Of a stretch of DNA of 32,000 nucleotides, positions 9,118 to 18,672 are shown piece by piece. Below the pieces are notes generated by a model. The model was not told the origin of the DNA and did not search any database. It saw only the letters and a list, made by a program, of their open reading frames with translations. The stretch covers positions 630,001-662,000 of the forward strand of contig NC_007614.1 of NCBI RefSeq assembly GCF_000196355.1. Reading direction: 5' to 3'. The translations under genes and the position numbers were made by a program. Origin of the DNA: Nitrosospira multiformis ATCC 25196. Lineage in GTDB: Bacteria > Pseudomonadota > Gammaproteobacteria > Burkholderiales > Nitrosomonadaceae. Positions within the stretch are counted from its first letter, which is position 1; the number at the start of each line of letters is the position of its first letter.

Positions 9118-10305
9118 TCACCCGCCTGGATCAGAAACCTCGTCTTCCGGTATCTGGCGGGGTAGCAATAACCGGAAAGTCGAGCCGACGCCTACCACGG
9201 AGTCCACTTCCAGTTTGCCGCCCAAAAGCCGGGTGGCTTCTGAAGCGATGGACAGGCCCAGGCCGATGCCCGGTTTGCCGTAGGTATCGGCGCGCTGGAA
9301 AGCATCGAACAGGTGGGTCAGGTTTTCCGGCGCAATGCCCGGGCCCTGATCGCTCACGCTGAGGATCCAGGCGCTATCTTCCCTGGCGTTATGACGGGCT
9401 GTGACTTCTATCCGGCCACCCGAACTGTATTTTACCGCGTTCCCCAGCAGATTCTGCAATATTGGGACCAGCAGTGCTTCTTCACTGAGCACTTTCGCGC
9501 CTTCCGGCACATCGATGCTTAATTCTATTCCCTTCATTTCCGCTTCCGGTGTGACCTGCCTGACTGCTTGGGATAATAGTGAATTCAAATCCACCACTTC
9601 CATCGCCAGGTGAAAGTACCCTTTTCGCAGTTGCTCGGATTGCAGCAAGCGATCCATTCCAGCAGTGGTCTTGAGTATGATGCTCCTGACCAACTCCAGG
9701 TCCGCGACATTGTCGGCAAGCTCCGGAATTTTTGCGAGCTTCATTGCAAGTATTTGTATATATAGCGTGATTTGGCTGAGGTGATTGCGGAGATCATGAG
9801 AAAGAAAAGAGAGATACTTGGACTGGATTTCCGTCGCGGACTTGAGCTGCCGCTGCAGATTCTCGACGAATATGACTGTTCCGCTTTGCAGCGCCGCATC
9901 TACTGCCATGTTCAGGGCAACATTGCTTGTCTCGTCCAGTTCGCCATTCAATTCTTCGGAAATCTGTTCGATCATTACGCGCCGTAGAAGCTGGTACTCG
10001 ACCACCAGTTCGCGGATGTTGTAATTTTCCTGAAAGCGCGACTCGCCATGCAGTCCACTGCCTTCCACCAGCGCCTGGGTAGTGACGGGATGGCTGGAGG
10101 AAAACGCTTCGATCACCTCTTCCAGGATCAGAGGCACAGAGTCGCGCAGGTTTCTGAGCGTGAGTGCGTCAGCCGCGGGCAGGGTGGAGGCAACAGATTT
10201 CTCCCACTCTCGCAGAATCGCGTCCTTGCGTGCGCGCAAGGCAGAGGCGAGGTGAGGAAACGCATGATATGCCAGCAGGTCCAGAGTGGGGTCGGCTGTA
10301 GACAT
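9118..10305 (-). CDS. soluble sensor histidine kinase (helical N-terminal sensor domain, HisKA, HATPase_c)
   Basis: 395 aa with H-box FLSHDLRNHL, N-box LLGNAVKYS, and G-boxes DQGPGI and GIGLGLSI. No TM segment is visible. The N-terminal ~150 aa resemble RsbR-type N-terminal sensor domains, a tentative assignment. Confidence 0.85.
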   Translation of the reverse strand: MSTADPTLDLLAYHAFPHLASALRARKDAILREWEKSVASTLPAADALTLRNLRDSVPLILEEVIEAFSSSHPVTTQALVEGSGLHGESRFQENYNIRELVVEYQLLRRVMIEQISEELNGELDETSNVALNMAVDAALQSGTVIFVENLQRQLKSATEIQSKYLSFLSHDLRNHLSQITLYIQILAMKLAKIPELADNVADLELVRSIILKTTAGMDRLLQSEQLRKGYFHLAMEVVDLNSLLSQAVRQVTPEAEMKGIELSIDVPEGAKVLSEEALLVPILQNLLGNAVKYSSGGRIEVTARHNAREDSAWILSVSDQGPGIAPENLTHLFDAFQRADTYGKPGIGLGLSIASEATRLLGGKLEVDSVVGVGSTFRLLLPRQIPEDEVSDPGG

Positions 10306-10497
10306 AAGTTCTGAAAAACCGATAGTTTGGGAGCGGCTATTTTACTGTCAAATTGGAGATGAAGTCGGGAGTGATATCCGGGTTGATCTGGGGCAGGACC
10401 TCTGCCTTTTAAAGGCGGCTTGCATTTGGCTTTGATATGGGTTGCTGATTTTGTGCTAGACTCATATTCTGCAAGCCATGACGTCAAGAGGGAACCT

Positions 10498-12036
10498 ATG
10501 CGAGGATATAGGAATAGGGGTTCCGCGCAAAGTCTGCTGACGCTCACGAAGGATGTATTGCGCTGGCTGTTTCGCCGTGGGCCACGGAGGGTGGAGAGAG
10601 CGGCCGATAGCCGGACGCCGGCACCCAAGAGATTCGCCCGGCCGATTTCCCGCACAAGGGAGATGCCTGGCAACAAGCAGACATGGGCGCGCAAAAAAAA
10701 CAGATTACATTGGCTCCTTTATGAGGGACTTGAGATAGTGAGTAACAGCCAGGCTTTTACACTTACAAGAAAAACCCTGCGCGGCCTGATACTGTTATCG
10801 AGCATTCCGTTGTTTGGAATGGTGGCAGCCTTCGGTATTGCCCCCGATACTGCGGTGGAAGACGTACCGGTCGAGCAGGTTGTCCTCGGTCTGGAGATTC
10901 CGGAGATTCGCTCGAGGCCGGCGGAGGGGATGACTTTTTGGCGTCATGAACGTATCCAGCAGGGCGATACAATCGGGAGCCTGCTTTCCCGGCTTGAAGT
11001 GAATAATCAGGACGTGGCACGCCTCATTCGGGATACCTCCGAGCTGAAGGCCTTGCATCCGCTGGCCGCGGGCAGAATGGTGCATGCCGAAACCAGCGCC
11101 GCGGGCGAATTGCTGCTGCTGCGCTACTTCCCCGGCGGCAGCGATCAGGTGGTGCTGGAAAAACGCGACGGCAGCTATGTGGTGAGCGACAGGCCGGCAT
11201 TGCTGGAAACCCATATCCAGATGAAATCAGGCGTGATCGAAAGCTCGCTTTTTGCCGCGATCGACCGCGCGGGGATTCCGGACAGCATAGCTTCCCAGAT
11301 CGTCGATATCCTGTCTTCCCAAATAGATTTCCACCGTGATCTGCGCAAGGGTGACCGTTTTACAGTGGTGTACGATTCCCTCTACGGCAACGGGGAACCG
11401 ACGAGAGCCGGCCGGGTGCTGGCGGTGGAGTTCGTCAACCAGGGAGTGCCTTACCGGGGAGTATATTTCCCCGGAAGCGACGGTGGAGAAGGCGGCTATT
11501 ACACGCCGGACGGCAAGAACCTGCGCAGGGTATTTCTGCGCTCGCCGCTGGAATTTTCCCGCATCAGTTCCGGCTTTTCCAGCGGCCGCTTCCATCCCAT
11601 CCTGAAAAAATGGCGGGCCCATAAGGGCATCGACTACGTGGCGCCCACCGGCACGGGGGTAAAGGCGGTTGCCGATGGCGTCGTGGCGGTAGCGGGATGG
11701 GAAGCGGGATATGGAAATTTCATCATCCTCGAGCATGAAGGATCGTATGCCACGGTCTACGGCCACCTGTCGGCTTTCGCCAAAGGGTTGCGCAAGGGTC
11801 AGCGTGTCCGTCAGGGATATGTCATTGGCCGGGTGGGAGCCACCGGCTTGGCGAGCGGGCCTCATCTGCACTTTGAGTTCCGTGTCAACGGCATTCAACG
11901 CGATCCTCTGAAGGAGCCGATGCCGGAAGGAAAACCGATCGCTCCCGCGCACCTCGCGGCATTTTACGAATCCACGAAATCATCGATGGCGAGGCTCGAT
12001 ATGCTGCACGGCACCAATCTCGCATTGCTGGATTAA
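10498..12036 (+). CDS. M23-family peptidoglycan DD-metalloendopeptidase (MepM/YebA-like, OapA/LysM-like plus M23 domains)
   Basis: M23 motifs HKGIDY and GPHLHFEF, with one N-terminal TM helix (LILLSSIPLFGMVAAFGIA). The start was moved from TTG 10420 to ATG 10498, which is preceded by AGAGGGA. That start is uncertain. Confidence 0.85.
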   Translation: MRGYRNRGSAQSLLTLTKDVLRWLFRRGPRRVERAADSRTPAPKRFARPISRTREMPGNKQTWARKKNRLHWLLYEGLEIVSNSQAFTLTRKTLRGLILLSSIPLFGMVAAFGIAPDTAVEDVPVEQVVLGLEIPEIRSRPAEGMTFWRHERIQQGDTIGSLLSRLEVNNQDVARLIRDTSELKALHPLAAGRMVHAETSAAGELLLLRYFPGGSDQVVLEKRDGSYVVSDRPALLETHIQMKSGVIESSLFAAIDRAGIPDSIASQIVDILSSQIDFHRDLRKGDRFTVVYDSLYGNGEPTRAGRVLAVEFVNQGVPYRGVYFPGSDGGEGGYYTPDGKNLRRVFLRSPLEFSRISSGFSSGRFHPILKKWRAHKGIDYVAPTGTGVKAVADGVVAVAGWEAGYGNFIILEHEGSYATVYGHLSAFAKGLRKGQRVRQGYVIGRVGATGLASGPHLHFEFRVNGIQRDPLKEPMPEGKPIAPAHLAAFYESTKSSMARLDMLHGTNLALLD

Positions 12037-12088
12037 CGGCGGTGGCCGAACGGGTCGACTGGATAAAAGTCCCGTCAACGGGAGAGAT

Positions 12089-13189
12089 TTGAAGGCGGCG
12101 TACTATATCGGCATCATGTCGGGCACCAGTCTGGATGGGATCGACGCAGTGCTTGCCGACTTTGAAGCCCCCCGGCCGGTGTTGCTGGACAACTTCTATC
12201 TGCCATACCCGGAGAAGCTCCGCGAACAGCTCAAGGCACTCCATTTTCCGGCTCATGGCGAGCTGCACCGCGCCGCGACGCTTGGTAATCAGCTCGCTCG
12301 TCATTATGCTGAAGCAGTGGGGGGCTTGCTCCGCAAAAGCGGGGTTGCGCCGCCCGAAGTCGCTGCCATCGGATGCCATGGGCAAACCATCCGTCATTGT
12401 CCCCAGGCAGAAGCGGGTTACACCATCCAGTTATGCAATTCTCCGTTACTGGTAGAGCTCACCGGAATCAGGGTTGTTTCCGATTTCAGGAGTCGCGATA
12501 TCGCTGCGGGAGGACAGGGCGCCCCCCTGGTGCCGGCATTTCATCAGGCTCTGTTCGCGGACCCTCATGTTCATCGCGTGATCGTCAATATCGGGGGGAT
12601 CAGCAATCTTACCGATCTGCCGCGGAATGGAAGCGTGACAGGATTCGATTGCGGTCCGGGCAATGCCATGATGGACGAGTGGTGCGCGCGCCATACCGGG
12701 CAAGCATATGATGAGGAGGGAAGGTGGGCGGCAACCGGAAAAACGCTTTCCGTGCTGCTGGAAAAGCTGCTGGCATTGCCATTTTTTTCCCTTCCCCCGC
12801 CCAAAAGCGTCAGCAGGGAATTATTCAGTACAACGTGGCTGGAAGGCTACCTGAAGGGGGATGAGAGCCCGGCCGATGTCCAGGCCACCCTGCTGGAGCT
12901 GACCGTCGCCGGAATTGCCCGCTGTATACTCGGTTACTGCGGGGATGCAACCGAAATTTATGTATGCGGCGGGGGGGCACGGAACAGCTACCTCATCGCC
13001 TCCCTTCAGGAGGCCTTATCCGGCAGGAAAGTCGGATTGACAGACAGCCTGGGCGTGGACGCTGACTGGCTGGAAGCTTTCGCCTTTGCCTGGCTTGCGC
13101 GGCAACTCATCCAGGGCATCCCGGGTAATATTCCCTCGGTCACTGGCGCGAAGGGCCCCCGGCTTCTCGGGGCCATCTACCCTGCCTAG
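12089..13189 (+). CDS. anmK: anhydro-N-acetylmuramic acid kinase
   Basis: 366 aa. The N-terminus MKAAYYIGIMSGTSLDGIDAVLADF parallels the E. coli AnmK N-terminus. The start is TTG, preceded by GGGAGAG. Confidence 0.92.
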   Translation: MKAAYYIGIMSGTSLDGIDAVLADFEAPRPVLLDNFYLPYPEKLREQLKALHFPAHGELHRAATLGNQLARHYAEAVGGLLRKSGVAPPEVAAIGCHGQTIRHCPQAEAGYTIQLCNSPLLVELTGIRVVSDFRSRDIAAGGQGAPLVPAFHQALFADPHVHRVIVNIGGISNLTDLPRNGSVTGFDCGPGNAMMDEWCARHTGQAYDEEGRWAATGKTLSVLLEKLLALPFFSLPPPKSVSRELFSTTWLEGYLKGDESPADVQATLLELTVAGIARCILGYCGDATEIYVCGGGARNSYLIASLQEALSGRKVGLTDSLGVDADWLEAFAFAWLARQLIQGIPGNIPSVTGAKGPRLLGAIYPA

Positions 13190-13276
13190 GGCCTATATCC
13201 CTTCAGGACTTTCTTTTACCCCGAAAGAAGGGACGGAAGTGGATGTGGGGATCCGTGAATTAACCCCCAGGGGTTA

Positions 13277-13660
13277 TTAAACGGAGAATGAAGAGCCGCA
13301 ACCACAGGTGCTTGCAGCGCCCGGATTCTTGATAATGAACTGGGCGCCCTCGGCGTTTTCCTGGTAATCGATTTCCGCTCCTGCCAGATACTGGAAACTC
13401 ATGGCATCCACCAGAAGTTTGACACCATTTTTTTCCATTACCGTGTCATCTTCACTTATCAGCTCATCAAAGGTGAATCCGTACTTGAAACCGGAGCATC
13501 CGCCTCCTGCCACGAATACCCGCAGCTTGAGATCGTTGTTTCCTTCCTCCTCGATCAGTTCCCTGACCTTGTTTGCCGCGTTGTCGGTAAAGATCAATGG
13601 CGTGGGGATGTCCGTCATTGGATCAGTCTGACCCGAACCGTCGTTGAAAGGAGTGTTCAT
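13277..13660 (-). CDS. erpA: iron-sulfur cluster insertion protein (A-type carrier)
   Basis: Contains [23 protein letters not shown] and the C-terminal CGCGSSF motif. The start may instead be the ATG at 13618 ([12 protein letters not shown]), which better matches the usual ErpA length. Confidence 0.9.
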   Translation of the reverse strand: MNTPFNDGSGQTDPMTDIPTPLIFTDNAANKVRELIEEEGNNDLKLRVFVAGGGCSGFKYGFTFDELISEDDTVMEKNGVKLLVDAMSFQYLAGAEIDYQENAEGAQFIIKNPGAASTCGCGSSFSV

Positions 13661-13696
13661 AAGCGTTTCCGAATAGCCTGGTAAGAACTTGCAGTG

Positions 13697-14122
13697 TTAT
13701 ACGTGCTTCAAATCGTTGATCTGGGCCGCAGGCAACAATGTAACGACATTGCTTTCACGTTCCAGGATTTCCGTGTGGAGCAGCATGCCCTGAACAGATG
13801 CACCGAGATGTATTTCCATGCCCTTATAGTGTACATCGCCACAGACCTTCGCCTTTGGCTGGAGTTCCACATACTCGGTAACCTTTATCGTGCCGACTAC
13901 CGTGCCATTGATCACAGCATGTGAAACGTGGATGACACCTTCTACGACCGCCTGATCGCTTAAAACCAGAGTGCTCGGCAGGTCGCTAAACCCGGTAATG
14001 TTTCCCGTAACACGACCGTCTATTCGTACTCCCCCGCTGAAGATGATATTTCCTTCAATGTGGGTATCGACGCCGATAAGCGAATCGATCTGGTTGTGCG
14101 GTCTGCCTATTTTCTCAAACAT
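13697..14122 (-). CDS. bactofilin-family polymer-forming cytoskeletal protein
   Basis: 141 aa. The sequence IGVDTHIEGNIIFSGGVRIDGRVTGNI...VVEGVIHVSHAVINGTVVGTI shows the repetitive beta-helical DUF583 pattern. Confidence 0.88.
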   Translation of the reverse strand: MFEKIGRPHNQIDSLIGVDTHIEGNIIFSGGVRIDGRVTGNITGFSDLPSTLVLSDQAVVEGVIHVSHAVINGTVVGTIKVTEYVELQPKAKVCGDVHYKGMEIHLGASVQGMLLHTEILERESNVVTLLPAAQINDLKHV

Positions 14123-14131
14123 TTTCTCTCC

Positions 14132-14908
14132 TTACAAAGACAGATTCACCGTTTGCATGAGCCTTGCCTGCGTTTCGCCCTTCTCGAACACTTTCACCTG
14201 CAAGCTGTCGACAATGGCATCCGGAGCCAGCCAGAAAGTACTTTCCACTCGCCGATAAAACCGGAAGCTGACATCAAGCTTTTTCGAGGAGTCGTCGCTC
14301 GTCTCGCTGGAGGTCAATGGCTGGACCATTTTTTCCCCATTCTGCTGAAAATTGACAGCAAGTTCCAGGTTACCGTGAAAATCCTTGCCCCGCACTCCCG
14401 ACTGAACCAGAAGCAGGCTATACCGGTATTCGCCGGGCAGTTTACCTTTTTCAAGCTTCAGGCCTCCGATGGAAATGCGTTGCCCGGCTTTGCCGGAAGC
14501 AGAACCAAGATTCTGGAAAAAGGCCAGTTCTTCCTTGAGGCGGGTATTCTCGCCCTGAAGGGTCTTGACTTGGCTTGCGATGTCCAGACGGGCGGCCTGA
14601 TCCATTTGCAGCTGCTGATCGAGCCCCGCCATCTTTATGCGCAGTTCGTCATTCTCTTGCTGCAGTCGCGCATTCAACTGCGACAACCGCTCCATCTCAG
14701 GTCCTGTCTCGGTTTTTTCTTCACGTGGAGGCTCGATTCTGTCGGGAATACCGGCTTTGCGGCCGGCATCGTACATGCTCCACGAAAGAATCAGCGCAGC
14801 CACGAGCAGGATGGCAAGGGTCGCCCAGCGGACATGAGCGGGAGTCTGCAACCGGACCGCGGCTGGCGCCGCAGCCATTTTGTGCCTTTTATTACGCGAC
14901 TTTATCAT
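14132..14908 (-). CDS. membrane-anchored coiled-coil protein of unknown function
   Basis: 258 aa with a short basic N-terminal tail and one TM helix (WATLAILLVAALILSW). A ~90-aa heptad-rich segment follows (LSQLNARLQQENDELRIKMAGLDQQLQ...LQGENTRLKEELAFFQNL), then a beta-rich C-terminal domain. It ends 9 nt upstream of the bactofilin start. Confidence 0.75.
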   Translation of the reverse strand: MIKSRNKRHKMAAAPAAVRLQTPAHVRWATLAILLVAALILSWSMYDAGRKAGIPDRIEPPREEKTETGPEMERLSQLNARLQQENDELRIKMAGLDQQLQMDQAARLDIASQVKTLQGENTRLKEELAFFQNLGSASGKAGQRISIGGLKLEKGKLPGEYRYSLLLVQSGVRGKDFHGNLELAVNFQQNGEKMVQPLTSSETSDDSSKKLDVSFRFYRRVESTFWLAPDAIVDSLQVKVFEKGETQARLMQTVNLSL

Positions 14909-15061
14909 AAGCGCAGGTCATGCCCTTTGAAGAGGCAGCCAAGCGTATCCGAAACATCGCAAAAGAGCATCAGATTGAAATAATGGAAAGTTTCTCTTGC
15001 AGCTGGGCTTTTGATCACTATCAGGAGAAGTATTGAGAGAAACCCGCAGCCAGCTATGGAT

Positions 15062-15090
15062 ATTCTAACGATGAACCTCGATCTTGACAA
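15062..15090 (-). promoter_or_regulatory. candidate sigma70 promoter for the coiled-coil/bactofilin/erpA genes
   Basis: Minus strand reads TTGTCA, a 17-nt spacer, then TAGAAT. It lies about 150 nt upstream of the 14908 start. Confidence 0.4.
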
Positions 15091-15221
15091 AGACTAACTC
15101 TTATCGAGGAACAGTCGCCCTGCATTTTCTGGAAATTAACTCTCATTGCATGGCGGGATCTTCTTGAGGGCGCCTGGACTGATTTCGGCAGCAACGCAGC
15201 TCCGTACGCTTGTTTAGATTC

Positions 15222-16250
15222 TTACGGAAACAAGGGAAGATGGGTGATGGCAAGGGTTTCCGGCAAGCCGAACATGAGATTCATATTCTGCACTGCCTGT
15301 CCGGCCGCACCCTTGACAAGGTTGTCTGTAACCGAGAGTATGACGGCCGTATCCCCCCCCTGGGGTCGATGGACGGCGATGCGGCAGAGATTCGAACCCC
15401 GCACGGAGCGGGTTTCCGGATGGGAGCCTGCCGGAAGCACGTCGACAAACGGTTCATTCACGTAGCGGTTTTCATATAACGCCTGCAAGTCGACTTCTTT
15501 AAGGAGTTTTACATAAAGCGTGGCATGAATGCCGCGAATCATAGGGGTGAGGTGTGGTACGAATGTCAGACCGACGGGGTGTTTTGCCGCTTGCGACAAG
15601 CCCTGCCTGATCTCGGGGAGATGGCGATGCCCGGATACTCCATAGGCCTTGAAGTTGTCCGCTGCCTCAGCAAAAAGGGTATGAATTTCCGCGTTGCGTC
15701 CCGCGCCTGATACGCCCGATTTCGCGTCTGCGACGAGATGATCCAGATCCGCGGCACCCGATTCCACCAGGGGAAGGAAACCCAGCTGCACGGCCGTGGG
15801 ATAGCAGCCGGGATTGGCTATGAGCCGCGCTGTCTTTATCCTGTCGCGATTGATTTCCGGCAGACCGTAGACCGCCTCCGCAACCAGTTCGGGGCACGCA
15901 TGGGGCATTCCATACCATTTTTCCCAGACGGCGATATCCTTGATGCGAAAATCGGCGGCAAGATCAATTATCCGCACGCCTGCATCGAGCAGGGATGGAA
16001 CCTGTTTCATGGCAATGCCATTCGGAGTGGCAAAAAATACCACATCGCATTTTTCGAGGTTTGCCTCTGCAGGATCGGAAAATTTTAACTCTATCCGTCC
16101 ACGCAGACTTGGAAACAACTGGGCGACATCCATGCCAGCTTCCTTGCGCGATGTAATCGCCTCGATATTCACCTCCGGATGTTGAGACAAGATGCGCAGC
16201 AACTCTACTCCGGTATATCCGGTTCCACCTACGATGCCAATCTTAAGCAT
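15222..16250 (-). CDS. argC: N-acetyl-gamma-glutamyl-phosphate reductase
   Basis: 342 aa with an N-terminal Rossmann motif [11 protein letters not shown] and the catalytic-cysteine motif IANPGCYPT. Confidence 0.93.
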   Translation of the reverse strand: MLKIGIVGGTGYTGVELLRILSQHPEVNIEAITSRKEAGMDVAQLFPSLRGRIELKFSDPAEANLEKCDVVFFATPNGIAMKQVPSLLDAGVRIIDLAADFRIKDIAVWEKWYGMPHACPELVAEAVYGLPEINRDRIKTARLIANPGCYPTAVQLGFLPLVESGAADLDHLVADAKSGVSGAGRNAEIHTLFAEAADNFKAYGVSGHRHLPEIRQGLSQAAKHPVGLTFVPHLTPMIRGIHATLYVKLLKEVDLQALYENRYVNEPFVDVLPAGSHPETRSVRGSNLCRIAVHRPQGGDTAVILSVTDNLVKGAAGQAVQNMNLMFGLPETLAITHLPLFP

Positions 16251-16354
16251 GGTTCTTCTAAATTTTCGTGTGGTTGAAATTCGTTGGCACGCTGCATCTA
16301 CCTGACATCCACATGATGTCTGTGGAAGGTTTTGCGATTACAAGCGCCAGAAAA

Positions 16355-16408
16355 AGATAAAAGAAAAAGCCGCATGTCCGCCAGAAACAGCGGGCAGGCG
16401 GCTTTTTA
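16355..16408 (-). terminator. rho-independent terminator downstream of rpsI
   Basis: Minus strand reads AAAAAGCCGCCTGCCCGC-TGTTTCTG-GCGGACATGCGGC followed by TTTTTCTTTTATCTTTTT. It is a GC-rich interrupted stem with a long U tract, 15 nt after the rpsI stop. Confidence 0.7.
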
Positions 16409-16422
16409 TGACAGATAAAAGC

Positions 16423-16815
16423 TTATCGTTTGGAGAACTGCTTCCGGCGTCGTGCCTTGCGCAGGCCAACCTTTTTGCGCTCCACTTCACGCGCGTCACG
16501 CGTAACCAGTCCTGCATTGCTCAATACGGGTTTCAGGGTGGCATCGAAGTCAATCAGCGCACGGGTAATTCCATGCCTTACTGCGCCTGCCTGTCCGGAT
16601 TCGCCTCCACCGTGAATATTCACCAGGATGTCGAAGCGGTCGAGATTTCCGGTCAATTCCAGCGGCTGACGCACCACCATGCGTCCCGTTTCCCGGGAAA
16701 AAAACTCATCCACAGGTTTGTTGTTGACTGTTATCACGCCGCTACCCGGCTTGATGAACACGCGCGCTACCGCACTTTTGCGCCGTCCCGTACCGTAACT
16801 GTAGGTTCCATTCAT
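16423..16815 (-). CDS. rpsI: 30S ribosomal protein S9
   Basis: [24 protein letters not shown] ... ends KQFSKR. Trimmed to the ATG at 16815, because the track start at 16821 is a TTG overlapping the rplM stop. Confidence 0.95.
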   Translation of the reverse strand: MNGTYSYGTGRRKSAVARVFIKPGSGVITVNNKPVDEFFSRETGRMVVRQPLELTGNLDRFDILVNIHGGGESGQAGAVRHGITRALIDFDATLKPVLSNAGLVTRDAREVERKKVGLRKARRRKQFSKR

Positions 16816-16817
16816 GA

Positions 16818-17252
16818 TCAAGCCCTGACTTCAAGTTGCCGCGGCTGTTGTGCGGCGTGTGGGTGTGCTGCACCGGCATATATCTTGAGTTTCTTTAACA
16901 TGGCATAGCCGAGGGGACCTTTCGGCAGCATGCCTTTTACTGCTTTTTCCAGCGGCCTGCCGGGGAAGCGCGCATGCATTTTCGCGAAACTCGTTTCGTA
17001 TATGCCACCGGGGTAACCGCTGTGGCGATAGTACATCTTGCTTTCAGCCTTGTTGCCGGTAACGCGCATCTTGTCCACGTTGATCACGACAATGAAATCA
17101 CCGGTATCCACATGTGGCGTGTAGATGGGCTTATGCTTGCCGCGAAGACGATGGGCAATCTCGGCAGCGAGGCGTCCAAGTACCTTGCCGGCCGCATCAA
17201 TCACGAACCATTCCCGATTCACTTCATGTGGTTTGGCTGAAAAGGTTTTCAC
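16818..17252 (-). CDS. rplM: 50S ribosomal protein L13
   Basis: 144 aa starting [20 protein letters not shown]. The start is GTG, preceded by AGGGGTAGG. Confidence 0.95.
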   Translation of the reverse strand: MKTFSAKPHEVNREWFVIDAAGKVLGRLAAEIAHRLRGKHKPIYTPHVDTGDFIVVINVDKMRVTGNKAESKMYYRHSGYPGGIYETSFAKMHARFPGRPLEKAVKGMLPKGPLGYAMLKKLKIYAGAAHPHAAQQPRQLEVRA

Positions 17253-17286
17253 AAACCTACCCCTGCTTATTTACTAAAAGCCGCGC

Positions 17287-17315
17287 ATTCTATGCCAGAG
17301 ATGCATGAATGTCAA
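17287..17315 (-). promoter_or_regulatory. near-consensus sigma70 promoter of rplM-rpsI
   Basis: Minus strand reads TTGACA, a 17-nt spacer, then TAGAAT. The -10 element ends 35 nt upstream of the rplM start. Confidence 0.6.
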
Positions 17316-17596
17316 ACCGGAGTCCGCGGACAGCGGTGATATTCGTCTGCCACAAACATCGCTCTCCTCGCTGATTTTCGTTTTGCAAGGCGGTGTATGC
17401 CGGCGCCTTTTGTTCCCACCAAAATCATTGAGAAAACGGTTATCATAACGCACCTTAAAATTGCCGGCGGAAGATCACAGCGAATATTGAGGCAAAAATT
17501 GCAGGAAGCCTCTGAACAGGCGCCCCTGCTCGCCTGGCAACGTGTCCAAATATTCCATAACATCATCTTATTACTATTTGTCCGAGGAGAAGTTGT

Positions 17597-18469
17597 ATGT
17601 CGCAAAAACACCCTGTCATCGCCGTTACCGGATCATCCGGCGCCGGTACGTCGACGGTCAAGAATAGTTTCGAGCATATTTTCCGGCGCGAGAAACTGAC
17701 TGCTGCGGTGGTGGAGGGGGATAGCTTCCATCGTTATGATCGCGATGCCATGAAAAAAGCCGTAGCCGAATCCGAAAAGGACGGAGGACGTCCCATCAGT
17801 CATTTCGGTCCGGAGGCCAACGAGTTCGAGAAACTGGAAACCTTGTTCAAGGAATACGGCGAAACCGGCGGCGGAGAGACGCGCCTGTACCTGCACAATG
17901 ACGAGGAGGCCGCGCCCTACCAGCAGAAGGCGGGCACCTTCACGCCCTGGGCGTCGATAAAGCCCGGCTCGGATCTGCTGTTTTATGAAGGGCTGCACGG
18001 AGGAGTGCAGAGCGATACGGTGGATGTGGCCAGATATGTCGACCTGCTGGTGGGGGTAGTGCCCATCGTGAATCTGGAGTGGATTCAGAAAATCCACCGC
18101 GACATGAATGCGCGTGGTTATTCGGCCGAAGCGGTGACGCACACGATACTCCGCCGCATGCACGATTATGTGCATTACATTACTCCGCAATTTTCCAAAA
18201 CGCATATCAATTTCCAGCGTGTGCCGACGGTGGACACCTCGAATCCTTTCATCGCCCGGGACATCCCGACGCTGGATGAAAGTTTCGTCGTGATCCGGTT
18301 TCGCGATCCCAGGAACGTCGACTTCCCGTATCTGCTTGCCATGATTCACAATTCATTCATCTCCCGCCCGAACACCATCGTCGTTCCCGGCGGGAAAATG
18401 GGCTTGGCCATAGAGCTCATATTGACGCCGCTTATTCTCGATCTCGTGGTGGCAAGCCGCAAAAAGTAG
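17597..18469 (+). CDS. prk: phosphoribulokinase (class I, bacterial)
   Basis: 290 aa with P-loop IAVTGSSGAGTST and the conserved segment EGDSFHRYDR...FGPEANEF...EGLHGG. The RBS is GAGGAGA. Confidence 0.92.
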   Translation: MSQKHPVIAVTGSSGAGTSTVKNSFEHIFRREKLTAAVVEGDSFHRYDRDAMKKAVAESEKDGGRPISHFGPEANEFEKLETLFKEYGETGGGETRLYLHNDEEAAPYQQKAGTFTPWASIKPGSDLLFYEGLHGGVQSDTVDVARYVDLLVGVVPIVNLEWIQKIHRDMNARGYSAEAVTHTILRRMHDYVHYITPQFSKTHINFQRVPTVDTSNPFIARDIPTLDESFVVIRFRDPRNVDFPYLLAMIHNSFISRPNTIVVPGGKMGLAIELILTPLILDLVVASRKK

Positions 18470-18672
18470 CGGCAGCCAAATAGCGCCCGAACGTTATAGT
18501 AAAACATCCTGAAAACCCGGTGCCCTTCCTGGGCATCGCGCGACTCTCTATCGGAAGGAGAACCAGGGGGGCGGGTTTGCAGGAGTATCATATTGTTCTA
18601 CATTGCTTTTAATCCGATTTTGCGCGGCCTGAATCATCCCGGTCGTGCCCGGACCGGAAAAATCTTTGCTGT

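Noticed and set aside
10393-10411. Small hairpin GGCAG-GACCT-CTGCC followed by TTTT in the HK/peptidase intergenic region
   Set aside because: It is a 5-bp stem with no upstream co-oriented gene, too weak to call a terminator or operator.
10128-10694. 188-aa minus-strand ORF across the HK/peptidase intergenic region
   Set aside because: It overlaps the 5' ends of both real genes. Its composition is Leu/Arg/Pro/Ser-rich with no RBS or motif.
13261-13280. The 10-mer TAACCCCCAG is shared between the hairpin at the erpA stop (13261-13280) and the hairpin at 29099-29125, which hinted at a dispersed REP-like repeat
   Set aside because: Hundreds of repeated 10-mers are expected by chance in 32 kb. 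The similarity does not extend beyond the 10-mer.
14905-15090. 61-aa minus-strand ORF with a hydrophobic stretch, overlapping the start of the coiled-coil gene by 4 nt
   Set aside because: It has a TTG start with no RBS and rare-looking codons (ATA, AGA, TTA). It also coincides with the predicted promoter and 5' UTR of the downstream operon.
17312-17611. 99-aa minus-strand ORF in the rplM/prk intergenic region
   Set aside because: It overlaps the prk start codon and RBS, contains the rplM promoter, and has no motif or RBS.
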